A DNA stretch of 64,000 nucleotides from Pocillopora damicornis. Lineage: Eukaryota. Below the pieces are notes generated by a model, which saw only the letters and a list, made by a program, of their open reading frames with translations, did not search any database and was not told the DNA's origin. This document shows positions 54,747 through 64,000 of the stretch, in pieces. Positions within the stretch are counted from its first letter, which is position 1; each line of letters begins with the position of its first letter. Location of the stretch: contig NW_020846942.1 in assembly GCF_003704095.1 (NCBI RefSeq), forward strand, positions 1 through 64,000. Direction: 5' to 3'. The position numbers and the translations under genes are program-made.

Positions 54747-56561
54747 CTTTTGCTTTTCTTTCCATTTTTGAGCTTTGTTATTCATCTATGTCTTTATTCA
54801 TTAATTTACTCACTTATTTGTTTAATTTTCATTTCACATGAGAATAATTTGATGCCAAAAAAGGTTCCTTGAGCCGAATGAAAAATCTATGAACATGTTA
54901 TCTGATCAATTTGATTGCCGTTGCTGGTTGATTATCAAATCCGAGTCCTTTTAATCTAACAGATCAAATTCCCTTTAACTTTAATTTATTTCGGCTTGAC
55001 ATAAATGTACTTTTCTCTTTTCAAAGAGCGGACAACATTTAAATCATTCTGAGTTTGCCATGAATTTCTTCAAAATTATCTGAGATGGAATCAGACCATG
55101 ACAACCCATTCTGACGTCACGAACCGCCATCTGACTGTAAACCAATCTTCTCGGTTTCTAAATCTTTTTTCGTAACTTTTCTCCGCCCGGAAATTTATAT
55201 AAGTACGTTTAGAAAGACGTAAATAAAGAGAAATAAAGAGACAACGAGACCCGAAAGAGAATTAAAATGAGAAAACAAAATCAACATGTAGATATAAAAA
55301 CGTCTAGTAAACTAATATCAAGATCCGGACTGTAATAATTTATAAAAGAATAACTTGTCACTCGGCGATGTAATCTCGTTTTTTCTTTCTCTTTCAAGTC
55401 TTCTCTACGTAAACTTTAAATGTAAATGAAAGGCAAATAAATCAAAAAAATTTAAGTTTGACCATGTAACTTTGTAATCGTTTGACCAGTTATTGAAGTG
55501 AATAAATAAATAATAATATTTTCTTCGACTTTAGGAAACAAAAGAAATTAAATTTCGCTAAGTAATACAAACAAAAATCATTCCTCAAGCGAGGCCAGGA
55601 TTCTCATTTACAGACCTAATTCAAAAAAGCAATCTTCTCTGCAAGACAACTATGTCAACATTTGCGGAGGAGGTGCAGATAATTAAAAAGCGTTCAATTT
55701 GCGAACGTCAAATGAAAATCCTTAAAGCTTGCTGGATAGGGAGACGAGATGCTTCCAAGCTTTGTGAAACTTAATTTATCTGCTCCTAATTTAGCCACGT
55801 TGTCCGCAGTTGCAGAAAATTAAAGATAAAAGTCGTTACTGTAAATTTTTAATTTTGGAATGTTTTGACTAATACGCACTGCGCGACAGGAAGCATGAAA
55901 ATTAATCAAGTTTCTGTTTGCAAAATGAAGTTGTTTTGCTATCACATTTTAAAAAGGATGGCAGGTGAGGTCCAACTTGTCAAAGAAAAATGAGGTGTTT
56001 TGAATAAAGATTCTCGATATAGGTTACACATCAGGTTTAGCATTTTCGCATGGTTGCCGAACCCAAAACTAAAATCTTTCAGCGAGAATCAGAAGCTTTA
56101 TCTTCAGTGCCCCAATACATATAGAATTTTTGCTGTGTCAATTTTCTGAACTTTCATTTTAAAGGTAAGTTTATTTGAAGTATATTTGAGCAGTTAATGA
56201 TTTCGGAAGCAGCACATGCAATCGTGCTTCACCATTTCAATCGGCTTTGAATAACATTCAAACTGACTGTTTTTTTTGAGTCGAAAATAATTCGACTTCT
56301 GAAGAGGTATAGTGCTCTGTATAAATCGACCAGAAGAAAGACAGAATGAATTGCTACATTTTCATATAAAAAGGATATTGAGAAAGAGCAACATGCAATA
56401 CCTTAAGTAAAATAATGACAAAAAAAAAATAGGAAAAAAGTTCAAACTACGAAATTAGGTTTAAGCTAATGGTTGATTTTTCCTACTGTGAGACTCTCTT
56501 TCTTCCACAGCATATCGGAACATCAGCTTGACGAGGCAGGATTTAATTGAATCCGTGGAGT

Positions 56562-57614
56562 ATGGGAAACAGCACCGACGAATCGTCTCCGTCGCTTCCT
56601 ATGTTTCCATTTTACCTGAGGGTTTTGAAGTTGAGTTTATACGTCATAATTTTTGTTATAAGCCTTGTCGCAAACAGTCTTGTTTGCATCGTCATTTTGA
56701 GACGTAAAAAAATGAAGACAGTCACAAATTATTTCATTCTTAACTTAGCCATCGCTGATCTGACGCTGAACTGTTTTTGCATCCCATTTGATATACCAGT
56801 ACAAGAATTGAACTCTATCTGGCCGTACGGTTCAATCATGTGTAAAATATTGTACCCCATACAAACACTGTTGCTCTTCGCCTCTGTGAATACCCTAACA
56901 GCAGTGAGCCTGGCTAGGCAAAGGGCCATTGTATATCCTATGAAGAGGCAGCTGACCAAATCTGGCGCTAAAATAATCATAATTGGATTGTGGCTGTTTG
57001 CCTCCATTCCCGTTATTCCGTATTTTCAAGCGTTACGATTTAATCCAGAGCTCCACATCTGTGAGGAGAGCTGGAACGACTCCACCTCCACCAAAGTGTA
57101 CACTTCAGTCATCTTCTTCTTCCAGTATCTCCTGCCATTCTGTATAATGTTCACTGCATATTTTAGCATCAGCCAAGAATTGAAAAGAAGAGCGGAGAAT
57201 GGCAACCAGTCTATGAAAGATGTTCAGGAGTTGGAGGCCCGGAAAGTAGTACGCATGCTGAAGGTGGTGACGACGCTGTTCGCTATGAGTGTACTGCCAA
57301 ACAACGTCATGTGGCTCTGGCTGGATTATGGAGACGCTGAGAGGAAATGCAAATATTTTTGGGAGTTGATCGCCTTCACAAATATTCTAATATTTTCCAA
57401 CAGCGCTGCCAATCCTATATGTTACACTATCTTAAATGAAAATTATCGACAGGAAATATCGAGGTTAATTGCATGTAGATCATGCAAACTCCGGGACATG
57501 CTTGGAAAAAAGGAAAACAAAGCTGTCAGTAAGCAACTTTCCATTGAAGAAGCTAAGAAAAGATCATCCACCGTGTCATCTTATGTTATGAATAAATTTC
57601 TTCTTGACAACTAG
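56562..57614 (+). CDS. Class A (rhodopsin-like) GPCR, neuropeptide-receptor type; single coding exon with a probable 5'-UTR intron at 56164-56510
   Basis: Seven hydrophobic segments, N-glycosylation site NST, TM1 AN, TM2 NLAIADL, WPYG..C, ECL2 CEESW and TM7 NSAANPICY. The ATG at 56562 is preferred over the TTG in the track. Confidence 0.92.
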   Translation: MGNSTDESSPSLPMFPFYLRVLKLSLYVIIFVISLVANSLVCIVILRRKKMKTVTNYFILNLAIADLTLNCFCIPFDIPVQELNSIWPYGSIMCKILYPIQTLLLFASVNTLTAVSLARQRAIVYPMKRQLTKSGAKIIIIGLWLFASIPVIPYFQALRFNPELHICEESWNDSTSTKVYTSVIFFFQYLLPFCIMFTAYFSISQELKRRAENGNQSMKDVQELEARKVVRMLKVVTTLFAMSVLPNNVMWLWLDYGDAERKCKYFWELIAFTNILIFSNSAANPICYTILNENYRQEISRLIACRSCKLRDMLGKKENKAVSKQLSIEEAKKRSSTVSSYVMNKFLLDN

Positions 57615-59640
57615 AACCAGCTGCAGGTAGTCAATATTGCCTCAGCTCAATTAAAGACATTTTCCGGCAGACGTCCTGTCAGGCAATGATTATAATGTTT
57701 CATGGTAGCGCTTGCTACTCATCTCGTCTTGCTACTACGATTTTAAAGATCAGGACGATTCCGGGAGTAATGTGCAATCTTAATTATAATGAGTACCAGT
57801 ACTAGTATTTGAATACAATAGCAGATAGATGCGTTTTGATCAGTCTTGTTGGTTTAATTCGTTAAGTTGATATGCTTTGTAAGAGTACCGCTGATCAGAA
57901 TAACATTAAACACAGTTTCTCCAGCCATGTGCGTTTCAAGTTTTTCGATGGATTTCATGGCCGTCTTGTATAAGTATGACCATCTGTATACTATGTGTGG
58001 ATTGTTTTAGTTGTTGTTGTCACACAGTAAACAATGGTTTTATGGACGCGTACGAGTCATTGAGTAATGCTGTAGCAAGCCATTAAAGGTTTGTTTGGCA
58101 GGATAAACGAATCAAACGAAGATAATGTTCGAGAAAGAGACAAGTTTTCTTTAACTTCAAAAGTCTCTTTCATGTTCTCGAACATTCGAATTAACCAATA
58201 GAATGTTAATTGACTGCTGGTTTGTATTTGTAGAGTCCATATTTTATGAATCTTTACATTATCATGCATTTAAAGTAAGAGGAATAACGATAAGCACGAC
58301 ATACTAAGTTTCAAAATTAAAAAAAAAGGAAATAAAAAGGTATCAAAAATAATTCTTCAAATTCAAACAGTAGCTCAACGTAGATATAATACTCTCGACA
58401 ATCTGTCGTGTTTACCCCTTAATGTTTACACCAGTTGTCTGAGCATAAGACAAGCATTCTAGATTTTTTTAAACACCGATTCTGATCATAAATAGCCCAT
58501 CTGTCATTAATTAATAACGTTTTTGTGAATATTGTCTGCAAAAAGAAGCCACGGGTTTCTAAAAGCAATGTCAGGTTTCTATGGTTCCAGTATCTTGTAC
58601 CAATGGCCAACAGCTTCAGGCATGAACAATGGCTTGAAACAACAAACAAGGCCTATATCACACAATTTTTCTTCTGTAGGTACAGATGTTCAGAATGTTG
58701 TTAGCGTTTTCAGTTGCAAGTCGGCCTTTACACCTTGAATGTTATATGGGTGTCACTGATACAAACATTGTTAAACTCATGTATTCAGATAATTAAAACC
58801 ACAGACCTAAAGGGACCTCGGTTCACTGAAGTAGTGGTAATGGGAAATGAATCTTCAAAACCGCGCAGGAGAGGTCATGTAAGTGCAACCGTTTCTTTTG
58901 GTGCACCGTCAGGAGAGAGAAAGAAAAAGTATAATTATGAATATAAAAGGTAGCCCTATGTTTCATAAAAAAAGGGAAGAGCACTCCTATCGATGAAAAG
59001 ATAATCGAAAAATACGACAAAGTTAGGGTTTGGCAAACCTTTCTCACATTTTCAGAGCATCATTCTCTAGTCAGTCAGCAAATTTGCATATCGTATAACT
59101 GAAAGTCCATGGGACCTCTTGCTGAGGCCTCTAAAATAACCAGAAAGAAAAAACAAAGCAAGAAAAGACTACAGAGGAGTAAATAAATCCTTGTATGATT
59201 TTCAACAGAAAAAGATGAAAATTTCTCTATCATCTGCTTCAGGTTAAATGCAGCATTTTTGTATTAAATTTTTATTAAAATCATGATCATAGCAAAAGGT
59301 GAAAATAAGAAATTTAAGAAAAGTCTAGTCTTAAAGCTGCAAAAGCAATCAAATTTGCTTCACAAAAAGCCTAGAGAAGATGATTTTTTTTCTTTTTCTT
59401 CCCTGATGCTTGCCTACCTTAAGTAATTAAAAAAATGCAAGAATGACGCCAGTTCTACAAACTTCAAAGATACGATGTAATTTCAGAAGTCCCCATATCT
59501 TAAAATTTCAGTAAACAAAACCACCTCTCGAACAAGAGCGAGTTTTCCGAGTCACTGTCAGTTTTTTCAGAGCAAGTAGGCAGAAGTAAGTTACACGAAA
59601 TTCGGCTGAAATTTGAGAGTTCCTGTCCTTGGCTCTAATT

Positions 59641-59890
59641 AGAGGGTCTCCATGGGGTGATGGCTTTTACGGCAACGTGTAAAATTTTGGCCATTTTATG
59701 GCTAACGGTTAATTTCTTTCCGTCGCGGTTTACAGGATTTTTTTTACAGTTTACTATCTTTAGCTTTTTTTACGACTAACAGCAGTTAACAATCTTTTAA
59801 TAACGGTTGAAATTTCTCAACTCTTATGCCCAACAGAATTTTTTTTTCTGTCGTTTTGCGACTACTACTGAATCCCACCGAGACTTTCTT
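59641..59890. mobile_element. MITE-like repeat with imperfect TIRs
   Basis: agagggtctccatggg ... cccaccgagactttct; related to 37107-37295. Confidence 0.5.
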
Positions 59891-60199
59891 ACCGGAGATT
59901 TTATGTCCCTAAATAAATATTTTGATTAATGTGCCTAAAATGTAGCTGTAGTAAATGGTGGCCTTCTTGTGCATCATCAAAACGACTCTGCTTACCGTGA
60001 TGTTAATTGAAGATTTATCATGTGAGTATATTAGATAGCAAATTATAATTCCCGAAGAAGTATTGGGGTTTGCTCTAAAAAAACTCACCGGTAAGTCTAA
60101 TCCCTTTCCTTTGGCGGTATGCTTGTTTTGACTCAGTAGCGGGCATCAATGAATGCTTCACATCTAATCATCTTTCATAATTTTTTCCTCACAATCCAG

Positions 60200-63010
60200 G
60201 TTAAAAATAAGCCTTTATTTCACAGGATATCCTCGCCACATTCTTTGATCAAGTATTACGTCGTAGTGATTGGATCTGGTTATGGGACATCCATCGCCGC
60301 AAGCCGCTGCTCACGCGCTGGTCAATCAGAGTGCGTTCTGGAACGAGGCAAGGAGTGGTTACTGGGTGATTTTCCTGAGACTTTCAGAAAAGCACCAGAA
60401 CATGCACAAGTCAATTTTGGTGGCAAGGGAAGAAAGTTAGGTATGGCTCATAATCAGCTCGGAGAGAAAATAAGTGTTTTTTAAAAAATAAATTGCGAGC
60501 TGTCTATAAACACAAGTCAAACGAGAGTATAAAGATCGATTTAAAATGCTACTATAATATTGTTGATCTTGAAGACAATAACTTCGTAAAAAGTCAGAAC
60601 TTTCTTATGGTAAATCTATTTCACGATAACAATCATGGTTATTCTCACTGCAGTGTTCTGCAATTTTGTTTTGCCAAATTACCTTGGGTCTTAAAAGGAT
60701 AAGGTACTTTCAACCAATTTCCACGTACAAAGAGCCTGAAAGAAATAACGTCTGCACAATGTCAGTTGTGACAGTGTTTAGGGTTTACGAATTATAATCT
60801 GAAGAGACTTCCTCTGCACATTTGCGTTATTATTGATAAAGTTACACATACTCAGTGCAAAGAAAGCTCTCCCCAACAGATGCTAGTCTCGACTAATTTC
60901 TAGGTCAGCCCTCTGATTTACACGAACTGATCGTCACTGATGACCTGGCAGTGGTTCAAGGGTGCGGTCTTGGTGGGGGTTCTCTGGTGAATGCCAATGT
61001 GGGACTGGAAGCGGAGCCTGGGGTGTTCCAGGACCCGGCATGGCTAGAAGAACTAAGGTACGACGTGGATCAGTTATTGACAATCGATCAGCAGCACTTT
61101 GTTGATATAATAAAACCAACGCCATACCCTGACAATTACCCACCCCTTAAAAAAACTTGACCGAATGAGGGATGGATTAAGCAAGATTGATATCGAGGAC
61201 TTTGATAAGGTGCTTTCAAGACATCTCTTTACGTCACGTTCAAGGACACGCCATCGAATCACGTTGGTATCCCCAAACCTAAATGCACAGCGTGCGGGAA
61301 TTGTTTTTCAGGCTGCAATGTGGGAACTAAAAACACATTGAATTTTAATTACCTGCCTGATGCGAAGGCTCACGGAGCAGAGATATTTGTGGAGGTAATT
61401 TAACTGATCTCTTTAAAAGGAGATCAAGAAAGGTTTTCATTGTAGGGTAAACAAGTCGATATCTCGCCTTCACTTACCTTGTGTAGATGCTCATAACTAA
61501 TAAGAAATGATTTATAGAAAATGCTATCTTTTGCTTAATATGGTGTCTTGGCTTTTTCGGTCCCATGATTTTTCTGTGTCGTTAGGAATATCGTTTAAAA
61601 TCGAATAACTTTATAACACTCCAGGTATTCTAAGGTAAACAGATATGGTTTCAATCAAAGTAGAAAATATCAAGATACCGTGTTTGCGTAGTCTGTACTC
61701 TCAAATTAATCTTCTACATTCCATTTTTTTTTTCTTTGAAGGTATATAGAGGTAGTATCTATTCACAAGGCTCATAACTTCACTGATTGGATCGTCAGTT
61801 ACAAGAGGTAGGCTCCTGGAAGTTTCGATCTAGAAGAACGGTGAGTCTGTGCAGCCTACGTAATTCTAGGTGCAGGCGCGTTAGGTTCTACCAAATTCTT
61901 CAGCGCTCAAAGGAACGTGGTTTGAACGTATCCGATGAAATTAGCAAAAGGTTCTCCACCGACGGAGACGCGGTTGAATTAAAAAATGGAGGCAAAAAAG
62001 CAAATTCTCTTGGGGTTGAGACCCGCAAAATGGCGTCTGTCTAACCCCAGGACCAACAATTACTTCAATTATGGACTTCCGAAAAGTGAATAACGACAAT
62101 TTTGGAAAAAACATAATCATCAAAGATGGCATACCGGCCTCAAGCCTTTCTGAGATGTTTGCATTTGGTGTAAGTTTTGCCGCAAAGATGACCGGGGAAG
62201 ATAAATCTCCTTCAACTGAACGCTCGAGAAAGCATTTCAGGTAATGCATTACGTAGCAACCAAGGTGTCGATAAGTACAGCATACATTTCAAATTAAAAG
62301 TTCCTCCGATGTACCTCCTGAGAATTTCGAAACATCTACAGCTGCTATATCAAATGATACAGAAGTAGAATTTTTGAGGCCCCCAAAAGATAATGTTCCA
62401 AAAGTCTGACGAACATTCTACTAATTAGTTCAGTGTTCTGTTGTTTTTTGATGAGTCTAGAGTACTGTTGCTAACTATAAAGATTGATGCGTTCGTGTGT
62501 AATTGTTAAAGGGGCGTGTACACAAAAAATACAAACTATTGGACTAGAATCTCGAGCTTAGAAATCCCTACATGATCACATGATCATGATCACAGTACTC
62601 CGATTAAAAAATATTTAAATCGCGAGCAAACAACAACTGAAAATGTGTATAAGAGTTAACACTTACATCTTTTACCTTTGGGATCAATGAAAACAATCAG
62701 AATTTGTCTTCATTCGTCAGGAACTTCAAGGCAAAGGAATCAACAACACCCTCTCTCTTCTTAGTATGAGTCATGACATTGCATTTGGGGAAATTTCTTT
62801 CGACAAAAAAAATCGATGACATTGATATAACATGGGACAGAGTTGGATATGAGAGCAACTTCAAGACGATTGACCAGAAACTGCAAAAAGTAGTACATGG
62901 TCTTGGTGGAACATATGTGAGGAATCCAATGTGGTCAGAAACATTGGGTAAAGGAGTCATCTCCGTGCATCCCTTGGATGGCTGTTCCATGGGTGAATCT
63001 GGCAGAATTA
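60200..63010 (+). pseudogene. Cholesterol-oxidase-like GMC flavoprotein, disabled. Exon blocks 60200-60440, 60904-61394, ~61742-62240, 62720-~63010; possible first exon 58840-58949 (MGNESS...)
   Basis: Motifs VVVIGSGYGTSIAASR...VLERGKEW, GCGLGGGSLVNANV, CTACGNCFSGCNVGTKNTL.FNYLPDAKAHGAEIF, VILGAGALGST, MSHD and VHPLDGCSMG. Frameshifts occur near 61150, 61220, 61890, 62045 and 62810. Confidence 0.85.
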
Positions 63011-64000
63011 ACAATAATTTAGTGTTAACTCAATCACTGAGAGTCGTCTTCATTTAGTCGCTTTTATAGCTAAACTTCACATCAGTGACACAAAGGGATC
63101 ACCCCAGTTTTAATAAACATTTGAAAATTTGGAACATGAAGCGGCTGTTTTAACTCCAAAAAAACATTTATGCATAACTGTGCACTGTATGCGAGAGGTG
63201 CTCAATTGTCATGAAATAATAAGTTGCTAACATGTCAAAGTCGCAATCTTTGTTACAAATGTTTGAATTTATCATACTGTGGTAAGTAATTCTTGATTCT
63301 TGATAAAGCGAAATCTTAAAAAAGATAGAGAATTAAAAATAAAAATTAAATGTAGAATATAGAAAATATTTTATTGACCGAACTTGTTTGGTCAAACTGG
63401 CTAGATATTAGCCTCGTTTCTTTTTTCCGTTTTCATGGACCGAGACGACACTGTCCATAAATTACGAATTCTTTTGAAAGTCTAATGCTCTCTAAGCATT
63501 GTTCTGAACAAAGAAAAAGCTTAGGAAAAACAATAAAAAGGACGACTTTGTTGCAATACTGAACGAAACTAAAGGGAATTGTAACATCAGGGGGGTTAAG
63601 AGCTTTCTTTACACCTAACTACTTTGGGAGTAAGCTGATAGCGTCACAAAGCTATTATGTCATACTCCCGGTTGGAATCCTATCGAGCGAACAGTTCAGA
63701 CGAACTTCCCGTCTATCGAAAAAACAAAAGGACATGCTTTAACATATTACAACTGTGACAAAGTAGAAGTTGAATCCATTTGAGAAAACGCATCGTTCGT
63801 TCAGGATTTCCTATTTGCAATTAGAGCTCGCACATGGAAAAATAGATATGAAAGGTAAGTAATTTAGGGAACTTTTCCAGCTTACTATCCACTTTGTGTT
63901 GTTTAAAACTACGTCTAAAACTATACTCCAAATAAAGTTGCCTCCGGGAAAACGAGTGTTTCAATTTGGATAAAAATGTTGGATTTTCTTAAAGTGAATG

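Overview
AT-rich, intron-rich eukaryotic DNA from a draft assembly with three N gaps. Gene and repeat content point to a stony coral; Pocilloporidae is my guess from the TTAA-flanked MITE families, not something I can prove. In order: an inverted, decayed fragment of a calpain gene; the last three exons of a receptor tyrosine kinase (-); a Roco GTPase with ROC-COR, Cys-rich and death domains (+, 5' end lost in a gap); two tandem calpain-5 paralogues (-, 13 coding exons each, catalytic triads intact); ANKRD42 (+), head-to-head with the upstream calpain across a 294-bp promoter; an intronless 307-aa orphan ORF whose N-terminus resembles a VapD/Cas2-type domain; a membrane-anchored short-chain (spongin-related) collagen with a dead duplicate of its first exon; a RecQ helicase relic; a tandem SUEL (rhamnose-binding type) lectin; a C-type lectin-PAN gene; a class A neuropeptide-type GPCR; and a frameshifted, intron-containing cholesterol-oxidase-like GMC pseudogene. 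Interspersed are MITEs, a tRNA-derived SINE, a LINE 3' end and Penelope-type remnants with hammerhead-ribozyme cores. The best leads are the VapD/Cas2-like ORF, paralogue-specific CpG depletion of the two calpains, the bidirectional promoter, and candidate mutually exclusive ANKRD42 exons. Exon boundaries were read by eye and family assignments come from remembered motifs; no searches were run.
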